A stretch of DNA of 64,000 nt from Candidatus Bathyarchaeota archaeon (GCA_963714275.1 CAVQNT010000006.1:22591-86590), one strand, 5' to 3'. Counted from the stretch's first letter, positions 1 through 11,511 are shown. Numbers and translations: made by a program. Notes: a model not told the origin generated them from the sequence alone.

Positions 1-187
1 GAGGCTTAAGGAGCAATCTCTGCATCCAGAGTCCTTCAAGTACCACCTTCAAGCCTTCGACTTCGGTATGCCACCTCACGCAGGCTGGGCGATTGGCTTA
101 GAAAGGCTCATTATGATGCTTACGGGCATAAGAAACATCAGAGAAGTCGTCCTTTACCCGCGAGACCGATTCAGACTAACGCCATAA
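1..187 (+). CDS. aspS: aspartyl-tRNA synthetase, C-terminal end (5' part lies left of the window)
   Basis: The frame starting at nt 2 reads ...[45 protein letters not shown]. This is class II aaRS motif 3 plus the PRDRxRLTP tail typical of archaeal/eukaryal-type AspRS. Stop TAA at 185-187. Confidence 0.8.
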   Translation, partial: RLKEQSLHPESFKYHLQAFDFGMPPHAGWAIGLERLIMMLTGIRNIREVVLYPRDRFRLTP

Positions 188-479
188 ATTTTTTTATTAA
201 TCATAGCACTTTATTTTTCCAGATTCAAATATCTCGGTATGGTCTGTTTTATTCATCATCAGTTTTTTCTGTTTGAATAACATTTTGCACTGGACCAGTT
301 CTGTTTTGCGGCGCAATATTTCTGTTGTTTTGGTGCGCTAATCTTTTGTTCTGTAGAATGCGAGGTTTCATTAAGGTGTCATCATTCATTCTTTCTTTGT
401 CTTAAAGTTGGGTAAAGAAAGATTAAATATGGTTGAAGTGTTTTTTTTCACGGTTCGTTAGACAATTGATTACTGCGGG

Positions 480-1214
480 TTGATGGTTGATTTGCGTTTC
501 AGGGCTGTGCTTTTCGATTTGTTTGACACTTTGGTGCTGTTTGATGAGGTTAAGGACGATTATCCTGTTTACTTGGACGGAATGCACGAAGCCTTGCTCA
601 ACCATGGTGTCAATGTGTCATTCGAGGTTTTTAAGAAAACCTATTTTGAGGTTCGAAACGAGATAATTGAAAGGTCACGGAAGACTCTTGAGGACCCTCA
701 CTTTAACCTCCGAATTTCCCTTACAATGCAGCGGCTGGGTTTCAACCTCACAGAACAAGACCAGATTGTCACTGACATGACCAAAGCGTTCTCGGACGAG
801 TTCAAAAGCCGTACACGCCCAGACCCTAATGCAAAAAACATTCTACAACAGCTTCACCAAACATATAAACTAGGACTCGTTTCGAATTTTAGCATCCCTG
901 AATGCGGCTATGAGCTTCTAGACCAGTTCGGACTCAAACAATTCTTGGACGCTGTGGTCATCAGCGGAACGGTAAACAGGCGCAAGCCCAGTCCAGAAAT
1001 ATTCAGTACAGCGTTAAAAGCGTTAGGCGTTGAAGCGTCGGAAACGATTTTCGTGGGAGACAGCCTAAGCGACGATATTCAAGGACCCCAAAACGTGGGA
1101 ATGACGACTATCCTCATCAAACGGAGACCCATACCTGAAGACAACAAGGTCAAGCCAGACGCAATCGTGGAACGGCTCAGCGAACTCCCCAAATTACTCG
1201 CAGTCCTAAAGTAA
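480..1214 (+). CDS. HAD-superfamily hydrolase
   Basis: 244-aa ORF with FDLFDTL (DxDxT motif I), VSNFS (motif II), and RRKP...VGDSLSDD (motifs III/IV). Confidence 0.7.
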   Translation: MMVDLRFRAVLFDLFDTLVLFDEVKDDYPVYLDGMHEALLNHGVNVSFEVFKKTYFEVRNEIIERSRKTLEDPHFNLRISLTMQRLGFNLTEQDQIVTDMTKAFSDEFKSRTRPDPNAKNILQQLHQTYKLGLVSNFSIPECGYELLDQFGLKQFLDAVVISGTVNRRKPSPEIFSTALKALGVEASETIFVGDSLSDDIQGPQNVGMTTILIKRRPIPEDNKVKPDAIVERLSELPKLLAVLK

Positions 1215-1501
1215 CTATGGAAACGCATCTTTGCAGAAAACAATCCGAACATTAAAGAAGAAAATGCAAAATTTGGTCAAATTGCTCTAAAAAAAGAACA
1301 AACATTTCACAAAACAATTTGTTTTTCATTAACTCTAGTATTGTCTCACAAACGGATAACTCGAATGTTACACAAATCAGACCAGTCGGAAACACACATG
1401 AAAGTATGACCAAAAAGTAAGCCCTTTTTTATAAAAAAAACATAAAAGTTAATTCATCGGAAAATTAAGCCATAACTAATGAAAATACTGAGGTTAAAGG
1501 C

Positions 1502-2570
1502 ATGCTTTACAGGGAATACTGGAACCAAGTCTGCGAACATTTTAGGGCTTGGTGGGAAAACGAGCGCGATGAACCCTTAATTCAGGTTGTTGCACCCAAA
1601 AAAGGCCACGAAGGTTCGCAGGGATGGGGGGGCTGGGGATTCGCCAAAGACCCATTGAACCCGGAGAAGACTATCGCCAAGTTCGAGGATTACTGTTTAA
1701 AAGTTTGGTTTGGTGGCGACGCGTATCCTGACTTGTGGATCAACCTTGGTCCGGGGATTGCAGCAACCTTCATTGGCGCAGAACCACGATACCGTGACGA
1801 TTCCGAAACTGTGTGGTTTGAGACTCCCAAAACCTGGGAAGAACTCGAAAAATTAGAGTTCCGTCCACATGGCAAATGGTGGCAAATAACCAAGAACCTC
1901 ACTTCCTATGTGACGGAGAAAAGCCGAGGAAAATTTATGGCTGGAATCACGGATCTGGGCGGAGCAACCGACATCCTTGCTTCGCTGCGTGGCTCACAAA
2001 ACCTAGTCATCGATATGTTCAAAGACGCTGAAAAAGTAAAGGCGCTTTCCCAAAAAATCCTCGAAATGTGGCACACGAGTTATGAAGTACTTTACCGAAT
2101 CTCCGAAGGAACATCTCGCGGAAACTCGGCTTGGATGGGATTGTGGTCGCACGAAAGACTGGTATCCCCTTCAATGCGACTTCGCCGCCATGTTGTCGCC
2201 TAAACTTTTCAGAGAACTTGCGTTCCCCTGTGTAAAGGAACAGTGCGAACGGTTGAATCACACAATCTATCATCTGGACGGTCCAGGAGAGATTCCGCAC
2301 CTGGACACCTTGCTCAGCATACCTGAACTCGACGGAATACAGTGGACGCCCGGAGCAGGCCACTCAACAGTCACCTCGCCTGAATGGTTCAACCTTTACA
2401 GAAAGATACAGGAAAGAGGTAAAAGGCTAGTTTTATTGGACGCCTCTGAAAGCCAAGTTCCGTCTTTGACGAAAAATTTGAATCCTAAAGGACTGTTCAT
2501 CAGAACTTACTGCGAAACAGAAGACAAGGCACATGCTCTTTTAAAGACTCTGAGCTACGATTCTCGTTAA
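1502..2570 (+). CDS. uroporphyrinogen-decarboxylase-like (URO-D/TCP2-like) family protein; reading frame broken near 2150-2165
   Basis: Two overlapping ORF pieces (1502-2203 and 2082-2570) join into one protein. The C-terminal part, LQCDFAAMLSPKLFRELAFPCVKEQCERLNHTIYHLDGPG...GIQWTPGAG, resembles URO-D-fold enzymes. The family call is from memory only. Confidence 0.4.
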
Positions 2571-2743
2571 AGGCAACGATGGAAACATTTTTCAGACCGA
2601 AACGCACAAAATAAAAACAAGTAAACGAGGTTAGGAAACAAAATGAAAATGAAAAGGATTCTTCTTATGGATGTACAAGCAATGTTAATATGAAAGTTCA
2701 GAATATAACTCCTTTATAGTCCATTATTGGGGTAGGACATGTT

Positions 2744-3502
2744 TTGACGATGAACATACTTGAACTGCAGAATGTCGCCATTGAGGTTTCTGGTAAAAAA
2801 ATCTTGGAAGACATTAACCTCGAAATTCCCGAAGGTGAAGTGCACGTTCTTTTCGGTCCAAATGGATCAGGAAAAAGCTCGCTACTCATGACCGTTCTGG
2901 GCATACCGTCCTACAAGGTTACGTCGGGCTCTATATTGTTCAAAGGAAAAGACGTGACCCACATGCCCATAAATGAGAGAGTCAAACTCGGAATGAGTGT
3001 AGCCTTCCAGAACCCTCCAGCCATTCGTGGCGTAAAACTCGGCGGCATACTCGACTATCTGGTTACAGACAAGCAGGAAATAGGGGCACTGATGGAAAAG
3101 GTAAAGTTTCCTCCCGAGTTTCTGGAAAGAGACGTAAACCTAGGATTCTCAGGTGGAGAAGTCAAAAAATCAGAGGTCCTGCAGATTCTCGCTCAGAAAG
3201 GCGACTTTGTTATGCTTGATGAACCAGACTCGGGCGTGGACGTTGAAAATTTGAAGGTTGTCGGAAACCTAATTAATAGCTTGCTTTCGGAAAAATCAGC
3301 CCTTCTAATCACTCATCAAGGTCACATTTTACGGTACGTGAACGCTGATAAAGCCCATGTCCTCATAAAAAGCACAATCGCATGTTCAGGAGAACCCGTA
3401 AACATTCTTACCCAAATTTTGAATGAAGGATACGGTTGGTGCATGAAATGTCCAAAGATCACGAATCTGCAACAAAAGCAAAAGATAAGCCCGCTGCACT
3501 AG
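2744..3502 (+). CDS. sufC: Fe-S cluster assembly ATPase SufC
   Basis: Walker A GPNGSGKSS, ABC signature FSGGEVKK, Walker B FVMLDEPDSGVD. It lies directly upstream of a SufB/D gene. Confidence 0.8.
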   Translation: MTMNILELQNVAIEVSGKKILEDINLEIPEGEVHVLFGPNGSGKSSLLMTVLGIPSYKVTSGSILFKGKDVTHMPINERVKLGMSVAFQNPPAIRGVKLGGILDYLVTDKQEIGALMEKVKFPPEFLERDVNLGFSGGEVKKSEVLQILAQKGDFVMLDEPDSGVDVENLKVVGNLINSLLSEKSALLITHQGHILRYVNADKAHVLIKSTIACSGEPVNILTQILNEGYGWCMKCPKITNLQQKQKISPLH

Positions 3503-4672
3503 GTCCAGACATTAACGTAAACAAATTCACGAGGGAAACAAAAAGCTGGGAATCCTGCCCGATTTCGCAGCTCCCCGAAGATGTGTTGAGACGGGCTTAC
3601 GAAGTGGGCATAGTTCCCGAGAAAGAGTCGCGTTCAGGCACATTTTTCCAGTCTGACCATTCCGTTACCTCGAGAGTAGTTCAAAGCATGTTCGAAGGTA
3701 AAGCCGAAGTCATGAGCACAGCTGACGCCATGAAAAAGTATAACTGGCTCAAAGACTACTGGTGGAAAGTCGTCAAGGTCGACGCGGACAAGTACACGTC
3801 CCTCGCTGAGACGAAATGGGACCAAGGCTACTTCATCAGGATACTGGAAGACCAGAAAGTTATGCTTCCGCTTCAAGCCTGCCTTTTTATCTCTACAAAT
3901 AACCTTGACCAGAATGTCCACAACATCATCATCGCTGAAGCTGGCTCAGAAAGTCAGCTGAATAACAGGCTGTACAACACATCCGAACGTCAACAGCGGA
4001 CTGCACGTTGGAATTTCGGAATTTTTCGTCAAGGAAGACGCGAAGCTCACCTTCACCATGATCCACAATTGGGCGGAAGGATTCGATGTTCGCCCGAGAT
4101 CAGCAGCCATGATCGGGGGCAACGGAGTTTTCGTAAGCAACTACCTATGCTTCAAACCCGTAAAAAGCCTCCAGATGTATCCAACAGCGTACTGCAAGGG
4201 CGTGAACTCGAGAGTTAGCTTCAATAGCATCCTTTACGGCATGAAAGACTCATACATAGATACCGGAGCAAAAGTGGTGCTCCAAAACGAGGGAACAAGA
4301 GGTCAAGTAGTAGCACGGACAATAGCCACCGACAACGCCCAAATCTACGCCCGAGGCTTTCTGCAGGGAGAACACGATGCCAGTAAAGCCCACTTGGAAT
4401 GCCGAGGCTTATTGTTATCCGACAACGCCCAAATTTACGCTATTCCAGAGCTTCTAGCAAAAGCTAAAGGCTCAGACCTTTCGCATGAGGCTGCGGTTGG
4501 AAAAATTTCTGAAGAGCAAGTCCAATACTTAATGGCACGCGGGTTCACCGAAGACGAGGCAACCGCTCTTATAGTCAGAGGATTCATGGATGTAAGCATC
4601 TTTGGGCTGCCCAAGAATTTAGAGAATGAAATCAGACGCATGGTCGACATAACAGCCATTAAAGCCTTGTAG
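3436..4672 (+). CDS. sufB: Fe-S cluster assembly protein SufB/SufD family; frame broken near 3955-3965
   Basis: Pieces 3436-4218 and 4058-4672. Reading the second frame upstream from 3962 gives ITGCTTHPNVNSGLHVGISEFFVKEDAKLTFTMIHNWAEGF. Downstream is LECRGLLLSDNAQIYAIPEL...HEAAVGKISEEQVQYLMARGF, typical of the SufB beta-helix and C-terminus. Confidence 0.75.
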
Positions 4673-4681
4673 ATATCCTAT

Positions 4682-5607
4682 TTAGGAATAATCTGAAAGC
4701 GTTTTCTGCATTTTTCCCTCTCTCAGCCCGATGACATATTCCGTTATGCTGTCAACATCCCTGAATCTGAGGTTAAAGAGCTTGCTGAATCCCCAACCAG
4801 TACATTTTATGCTGGAAATGACTGATGCCGCCGTGACTGCTTTCACGAAGTCTCCTGTCAACTGGTAAGCTGCAAGGAAGCTCCGCACCAAGCATCACCA
4901 GCGCCAGTCGTGTCCATAATCTTCTCAATAGGAAACCTCAAGGCTGGAACCATCTGAACTCCGCCTTTTTCCGTGTTCATGATGGCTCCAAACTCCCCCA
5001 GCGTAACCACAAGCGTCTTAGCCTTAAGCAGCTTAAAGGCAATCGAAAGCGAATCCGTCTCAGTCAGAGTTTTCACTTCGGAATCGTTGACTATGAAGAA
5101 ATCAACCTTTTCAGCTATTTCCCGCAAAACCTTGCGGTCTCTCCCAGTTTTTATGTAACCAATCCACGTGTTAACGGAAATTTTGGTCTCAGGCGACATT
5201 TCCTTAACTCTGGAAACAATTTTGTGAACCCTCAAGGGCGACAAAGGAGAAATGTGAATGACGCTGTTCAGGTTCAGCTCTTCATTAGGCAATGTCGCAA
5301 ATGATATTTTTTTTCCTGCGCCATAGTCTTCCTGAAGATAGTGGGCTTCCCACCTTTCATCGTAGCAAATAGAAAATTTTGTTGAAGGCATAGAGACGAC
5401 TTTCACGTGCCTTTGGGCGAACGACTTTAAGACATCCACGAACCTGTAATCTCTACCAATCACAGAAGCTAAAACAACATTCTCAACAAGCGTCTTTGCT
5501 GCCACAGCTGCATGTAGAGCCGCGCCACCAGGCTGAACGTTTACTCCGTTAATGTTTTGAACTGTGTCAACCGAAACGTGCCCAAGGAAAGTTATGCTTC
5601 CTGACAA
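4682..5607 (-). CDS. PfkB-family carbohydrate kinase; frame broken near 4870-4890
   Basis: Pieces 4858-5607 and 4682-4891 join as ...DTTGAGDAWCGA/FLAAYQLTGDFVKAVTAASV..., the PfkB C-terminal signature. Confidence 0.65.
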
Positions 5608-5783
5608 CAGTCAACCCGTCCAACCCTGCAGTGAACTCAAGGATATGTAGTGCTTCTTTATTGATATATGCGGTCCGTTACGAAATAAAAAATAGTAAAC
5701 AATACAACAAAAACGGTTCGAAGAGATTAGTTAGTTTTATAACATTGTTCGTTTCAAAGTTGAACATCGAAAAGGGATGAAGT

Positions 5784-7180
5784 ATGTCAGGAAAAGACTC
5801 CGTCAGCGACATTGACCGTGAATACCTGAGGAAACATCCAGAATCTATGGCTCTCCATGAAAGAGCCATGAAACACTTCGCCAGAGGTGTAACTCACGAC
5901 TCACGCTTTTTTGAACCCACGCCTATATACTGTGTTAGGGCTAAGGGTTCACGCAAGTGGGACGTAGATGGCAACGAATACATCGATTTTTGGATGGGGC
6001 ACGGCGCCTTAATCCTTGGGCACGCCAATCCCATGGTAACTAAGGCAGTCGTTGAACAGGCTCGGAAGGGAACCCATTACGGTGCGTCCCACGAACTTGA
6101 AATCGAGTGGGCGGAAAAAGTGAAACACCTTATTCCTTGCGCTCAGAACGGGCTAGTTGAGTTTACGAGCTCAGGCACCGAGGCAACGATGATGGCTTTA
6201 AGGATCGCCAGAGCCTACACGGGTAAATCGAAGATTATAAAGTTCATTTCACACTTTCACGGCTGGCTGGACTACACACTTGTTGACCATAATCCAGCCT
6301 TCTCCCCGCCTTTAACAGGTTCTTTTCCTTCAGGAGTACCCAGTGAAACGTGCCAAACAATGATTGCCCTGCCACCCAACGACGTCGAATCCATGGAGCA
6401 AACGCTTAAGCAAGGCGACATTGCAGCCATCATCTTGGAGCCAGGCGGAGCCTCAATGGGCTATCTTCCGACTTCCACGTCTTTCTTGCAGAGGCTTAGA
6501 AGGATCACAGAAAAAACTGGAGTCGTGTTAATTTTCGACGAGGTTGTAACCGGGTTCAGGGACACGCCTGGCGGAGCACAACAACATTATGGCGTAATCC
6601 CAGACATTTCGACCCTTGGAAAGATTCTGGGCGGAGGATACCCCGGTGGCGCGGTTGCTGGAAAGAAGGAGATAATGGAAATGCTTGACATCAAGAAGGA
6701 AGAAGGCTGGGGTGAAAGAAGAATCAGCCATCCGGGCACTTTTAACGCGAATCCCATTTGCGCTGCAGCTGGTAATGCTTGCCTTGGGCTGATCAGGGAA
6801 AGGAAGGTTCATCCGAAGGTTAACCGTTTAGGTGAAGAGTTCAAGTCTGCTCTGAATGATGTTTTACGAGACAATAGCGTCAGCGGTTTAGCTTGGGGAA
6901 CAACGTCCTCAATTGTGTTCGTAGGCTTCGGCTTTTCGGAGGAAGACTTGCAAGTAGTCGACATCGACAGTTACGTGAAGTTTCAGAAAAAAAGAGACCA
7001 AAGCCAGAAGGCGGGAAAAAGGCTTGAAAAGCTTTAATCAACAAGGGCATTCACCCGATGGGAGCAAGGTTCGTACTTTCCGTTGCACACAACAAAACAG
7101 ACATTCAAACAACCGCAAAGAAATTTGATTTGTCGCTGAAAGAACTTAAAGCTGAAGGAACACTCAGGGAGTTCGCATAG
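5784..7180 (+). CDS. class-III PLP aminotransferase (glutamate-1-semialdehyde aminomutase-like); frame broken near 6985-7030
   Basis: FTSSGTEATMMALRIARAYTG, IFDEVVTGFR, and STLGKILGGGYP (PLP lysine). The conserved tail NKGIHPMGARFVLSVAHNKTDIQ...LREFA* continues in another frame to the stop at 7178-7180. Confidence 0.65.
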
Positions 7181-7293
7181 GCAGATATCTAATAAAGGCA
7201 AAAAAACACATTTTTCGAATGTAAATGAATAACTGTTTTCAGCATAGTTCTATTATTCTTTTTATAGAAAAAAGGTGGAAGGAGCCTATTTTG

Positions 7294-7674
7294 TTAGATT
7301 AGTGCGTCCAGCACTCTTCTTTCGCTGATTATTCCGACGAGTCTACTGTTTTTTGTGACTGCGAGTCTTCTCACGTTTTTGTTCCGCATCATCTCGATTG
7401 CATCTCTGATTGTTTTATCCACATCGATTGCTACGAGAGGTGAAGACATTATTTCCTGAGCCTTTGTTTTCATCGGGTCCTTACGATCCTTCACAATGCT
7501 TTTAACGATGTCTCTTTCAGTGACCATACCACTAGGTGCGCCGCCACTCATCACAATCACTGAGCCGATGTTATTTGTGAACATCTTGTCTGCTATGGAC
7601 CAGACTGTGTCAGAGAATAGTGCAGTGACAGGAGGGCTCCTCATGACACTTTCAACTGAAGCTTTTAAACCCAA
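7294..7674 (-). CDS. CBS-domain pair protein
   Basis: 126-aa ORF with two CBS repeats (VMSGGAPSGMVTERDIVKSI... and AVTKNSRLVGIISERRVLDAL). Confidence 0.7.
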   Translation of the reverse strand: MGLKASVESVMRSPPVTALFSDTVWSIADKMFTNNIGSVIVMSGGAPSGMVTERDIVKSIVKDRKDPMKTKAQEIMSSPLVAIDVDKTIRDAIEMMRNKNVRRLAVTKNSRLVGIISERRVLDALI

Positions 7675-7820
7675 ATTTTAACCCCGACTATTATGTTAAA
7701 AATTCCTTCTTTTAACTTTTTGGATTCAATTCATTACAGGAAGTGATTCAAAATCTTAGCAGCTAATCATCAAATAATAAAGTAATGTCCCAAAAAAGGA
7801 AATAATGGAAAATTAATCTT

Positions 7821-8969
7821 TCAATGTTTTGGTTGAAAGATTTCTTCGTTTGGTCTTGGCAACCTTTGCTGAACTGGTAGCAATGAAGGACCGCCTTTTT
7901 TCGGTTCTGTGAGGTAATAGTAAGTTGTGCTTGAGTAGTCGTTGCTCAACGTGTTAGCGTGCCCATGCTCGATTGTGGCTTTAATGCTTTTGCGGAACCT
8001 AATCGGGTCCTCAATGTAATACCGATAAACAGTCTGCTTTCCTCTCCAGCTCCAGTCTTTTGTGCCTGAATAAAGGATTATGCCATGATAAGGCGCACTG
8101 ATTTCTTGAGTAGGACTGTACGCGCAGTTGAACCAGTCCTCTGTTCCTGTTCCGTGCAGTGACGGCGGCCACTTCTCTCCGTCGATGAAAACCATGTCGT
8201 CTCCTTCTCCGTACCAATCGTCAGGGTTACGCTGGAAACAATCCACGTCTAAATGGGCACCGCAGTAGACGCCGTTTCCCTTAGCATCAAGAATGACGTA
8301 GTTATGGTATCCACTCTTGTTAAAGTTGCGCTGGTCGTTTGACATTTCCTTTAAGGATATTCCTTCTTCGTAAGCCCATCCAAAAGTATTAACCTCGCGG
8401 CGCCACTGAACATGGAAATACGCTAAGTTCTTGATGGCATCAATGGACTCGTAACTTTCATAGTCGAAGTAGAAGTAATGCCAGTAAGCTTCTTCACCTT
8501 GATTTTCCACCTCTACTAAAGCTTTTGTTTTGAAGGGCATAGGCCACCAAGAATTGAACCCTTTTCCTTCCTGGGGACTCATCTGAAGAGGTAAAGAAAC
8601 AAAGTTTTTTCTGATCCCATGCCCTAAACCGAAGAAATCTCCAATGGGACATTCGACGCTAGGTTCTTCGCAGCCATCCCAAAAAAACCTTAAGACAATG
8701 CGTCTAAGATAATCCTCTTTTGGCAACCCAAGAGTCATCCATATGTGTTTTATGCAGCCTGAACCGTTAATAGTGGCTAGGGTTCTTCTTTCTCCAGGCT
8801 TGATTTGCCATGCGTCAATGTTTCCGCCTGTCGGGTCGTAACTCGATATTCTATGACTTGAATAATTTCTTAATTGGGGAAGAGATGCTAAACTAGAATT
8901 TCCAATCAACACGTTTTCCTCCAGAAACATTGTTTCTTGATGATGTAATATAAGCCTTACCAAAACCAT
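7821..8969 (-). CDS. DUF2961 / GH172-like protein
   Basis: 382-aa ORF. ISSYDPTGGNIDAWQIKPGERRTLATINGSGCIKHIWMT and GTGTEDWFNCAYS resemble the DUF2961 jelly-roll family. The family call is from memory. Confidence 0.55.
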   Translation of the reverse strand: MVLVRLILHHQETMFLEENVLIGNSSLASLPQLRNYSSHRISSYDPTGGNIDAWQIKPGERRTLATINGSGCIKHIWMTLGLPKEDYLRRIVLRFFWDGCEEPSVECPIGDFFGLGHGIRKNFVSLPLQMSPQEGKGFNSWWPMPFKTKALVEVENQGEEAYWHYFYFDYESYESIDAIKNLAYFHVQWRREVNTFGWAYEEGISLKEMSNDQRNFNKSGYHNYVILDAKGNGVYCGAHLDVDCFQRNPDDWYGEGDDMVFIDGEKWPPSLHGTGTEDWFNCAYSPTQEISAPYHGIILYSGTKDWSWRGKQTVYRYYIEDPIRFRKSIKATIEHGHANTLSNDYSSTTYYYLTEPKKGGPSLLPVQQRLPRPNEEIFQPKH

Positions 8970-8986
8970 TAGTCAAAAAATATCGT

Positions 8987-9775
8987 TCAAGATTCTAGAT
9001 CGAAGGTTATTTTGATTCGTTCTGAATGTGTGTAAACATTAAATCTTCTTCCTCTAACGAAACCAATAAGGGTTAAGCATCTTTTTTCTGCAACTTCTAT
9101 GCCTTTGTCGGTGCTTGATGTAAGTGAAACAATAACGGGGACATCAACATTTACAGCTTTACTTACGATTTCTGAAGACAGCCTTCCAGTTGAGGCAAGG
9201 ATCGTTTGTTCCAGATTGATGCGTTTCAGGGCAGCTTCCCCTATGACCTTGTCTATTGTATTATGTCTGCTAATGTCCTCTGAAAAAACCAAAACCTCAC
9301 CCTTACTGTTAAGCAAGGCTGCAGCGTGCGTGCCTCCGGTTCTTTTAAAAATAGCTGCCTTAGAGTCTAAAATTTTCGCAGCATTCAGAATAGTTTCAGG
9401 ATTTAATACAAGATTCTGAAATTTCTTTGGTTTCTTCGCTTTTTCTTCCTTTTTTGTTCGGATGACATTTTCGTATAAAAGTGTGACGATTACTTTTTCT
9501 TTTTCGAAACGTAGTTGTAAGATTTCCTCAGGACTATTAATTACTCCTTGGGTCAACAGGTGTCCGACTATCAACTCTCTAGTTTTACTGGGAGAACACG
9601 TGAAAACAGTGGAGGGCTTGTTGTTAATATACAATCGTATTGTCGTTTCTGTAACAACCTCATCTTGAACATGTTCAAATAATCTTTTTCCGAGGTTAAC
9701 CCTTATGATTTCATGTGTTGTTGTTACTTTTCCTCCGCCCAGGTCCTTTTTTCCCGTATTCATACTATCTGACAC
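8987..9775 (-). CDS. fdhD: formate dehydrogenase accessory sulfurtransferase FdhD-like
   Basis: TGGTHAAALL, ISRHNTIDKVIGEA, and the C-terminal tail SSEIVSKAVNVDVPVIVSLTSSTDKGIEVAEKRCLTLIGFVRGRRFNVYTH. Confidence 0.7.
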   Translation of the reverse strand: MSDSMNTGKKDLGGGKVTTTHEIIRVNLGKRLFEHVQDEVVTETTIRLYINNKPSTVFTCSPSKTRELIVGHLLTQGVINSPEEILQLRFEKEKVIVTLLYENVIRTKKEEKAKKPKKFQNLVLNPETILNAAKILDSKAAIFKRTGGTHAAALLNSKGEVLVFSEDISRHNTIDKVIGEAALKRINLEQTILASTGRLSSEIVSKAVNVDVPVIVSLTSSTDKGIEVAEKRCLTLIGFVRGRRFNVYTHSERIKITFDLES

Positions 9776-9917
9776 CTTTATGAACCTTTTTATAAATTTT
9801 TACGTTAAAATGTTAGGTTTTTGGAATAGAAAACACATAAATTAAGGAATTTTCGGCTGACAACCATAAACATTTTATATGGTATTAAAATGTTATATTG
9901 CTTTTGGATGAGCGAAC

Positions 9918-10244
9918 ATGTATCCTCCATGCGAGATTGTTACCAGATCAGTTCTTCCAGTGTTCAGGTCGTTCGTGGCAAAAGAACTTGTTGAAAAATA
10001 TGGATTCACCCAAATGGAAGTTGCCAAAAGACTGGGAACATCGCAGGCTGCCATCAGCCAGTATCTTCACTCGAAAAGGGGATACGGAGGATCTAGCCAA
10101 GTTAAACCCTCTCTACCAAAAGTACGCAAGTTGGCTAGTGAACTAGCAAAGCGAATAGTAGCAGAAAACATGTCTGCTGAAGAAGTAATGGCAACCTTCT
10201 GCGACATATGCAGAAAACTTTACCCACCCATATACCGATCTTAA
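9918..10244 (+). CDS. small HTH transcriptional regulator (archaeal COG2522-like)
   Basis: YGFTQMEVAKRLGTSQAAISQYLHSKRG is an XRE-like helix-turn-helix. 108 aa. Confidence 0.5.
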   Translation: MYPPCEIVTRSVLPVFRSFVAKELVEKYGFTQMEVAKRLGTSQAAISQYLHSKRGYGGSSQVKPSLPKVRKLASELAKRIVAENMSAEEVMATFCDICRKLYPPIYRS

Positions 10245-10401
10245 ATGCGCTCTGTGCTACTATGCCGTGATTTTTTAGGTAGATATACTATATCCTTAGC
10301 TAACAAAAGCTTTTCAGAATGCATAAACCAGCCAACATATTAGTTCTATATGAGTCTAAATGTTAGAAACTCTTTTAAGCAATTCAATTTTCTGAAATAT
10401 T

Positions 10402-10677
10402 GTGTTACAGACTTTGGAGATTAAAAAAGTTATTCTTGCAGTTTTTGGGGTTACAGCAGCAATTGTCGGTTGGGGGATGTGGATGGAACCTCATTTAGAC
10501 TTTACCATCCTACTTTCGTTGATGACTGACGAAATTATGCGGTTGACAAGAGACCCCTTCGCAATACTAGGATTCATGATTATGCTGCTGGGGCTTTGGG
10601 CTTTTTTCAAAGCTATCTTCGACAACCAAGATGTGAGGGGATTTTTCTCTTTCGACAAAGAGCATGAAGAACTTTAG
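10402..10677 (+). CDS. small membrane protein, unknown function
   Basis: 91-aa ORF with two hydrophobic helices (VILAVFGVTAAIVGWGMW and ILGFMIMLLGLWAFF). Confidence 0.35.
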   Translation: MLQTLEIKKVILAVFGVTAAIVGWGMWMEPHLDFTILLSLMTDEIMRLTRDPFAILGFMIMLLGLWAFFKAIFDNQDVRGFFSFDKEHEEL

Positions 10678-11392
10678 TTTTGAAATGTTATGAATGTGTT
10701 CTTATCTTAACCAGTTCTTTAGCTGCTAACATGAGTTAATTCTTTCTTCCATTGTCTGATATTCTTGGAAGAAGGAAGACTTATTTCCAATCCTTCCTTG
10801 TCAACGTGACTTTTGAATCGTTCATGGATTGTCTTTGGGTCAAGCGACCCATGTCTTCCACAGAGGAGATTCCGACCTTGTCCAAGATGTCTGAGTGAAT
10901 CTCTTTTCCGAAAAATACTTTCAAAGAAGGGCTTCTATTTCTTTTTCGTCTCGCAAGGACAGGATTGAAGTCTTAAGTAAGGTGTACTGATTTACTGTCT
11001 AGCTTCGTCGCTCGTATCTACTGTCACTGTGAGGTTATTAAAACTCTCTAATGAAATCGTATAGCTGAATCCCCGGGATCCATTACCGTTTGTAATATGT
11101 TTTTTTTATTGTCTCTTTTTAAAGGCAGGTCATCCATCTCCTTCATTAAATGTTATAATATTATATTTTCTGTGTTTTGGTTGCTTCACCCCCTTAATGA
11201 TTCACATAAATTAAATAAATGTATCAACCCAAGCTAGCTAACTTTCAGCTAATTCCTTACTGCATCTACAATGGAATATGCCATAAATTTTTCGGTAATC
11301 CATAGTTCGATAAACACCAGTCATCTTCACGACGAGCTATACTTCAACCACTATACCTGATACCCGAGAATAGTCCTCTTCAGCGAAAAGTA

Positions 11393-11511
11393 TGGTGCGG
11401 GGAGCGGGATTTGAACCCGCGAACCCCTAAGGGACAGGCTCCTGAAGCTTGCGCGCCCTTGTTTGTGGTTGTTTGGGTTCTGCGCCTTTGACCTGGCTTG
11501 GCGACCCCCGC
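11393..11511 (-). tRNA. tRNA-Leu(CAG), class II, with a ~31-nt intron inside the anticodon stem and encoded CCA
   Basis: Minus strand reads GCGGGGG TC GCC AAGCCAGGTCAAA GGC G CAG [AACCCAAACAACCACAAACAAGGGCGCGCAA] GC TTCAGGA GCCTG T CCCTTAGGG GTTC GCGGG TTCAAAT CCCGC TCCCCGC A CCA. Removing the bracketed segment gives a perfect CAGGC/GCCTG anticodon stem, loop UUCAGGA and a long variable arm. Confidence 0.75.
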
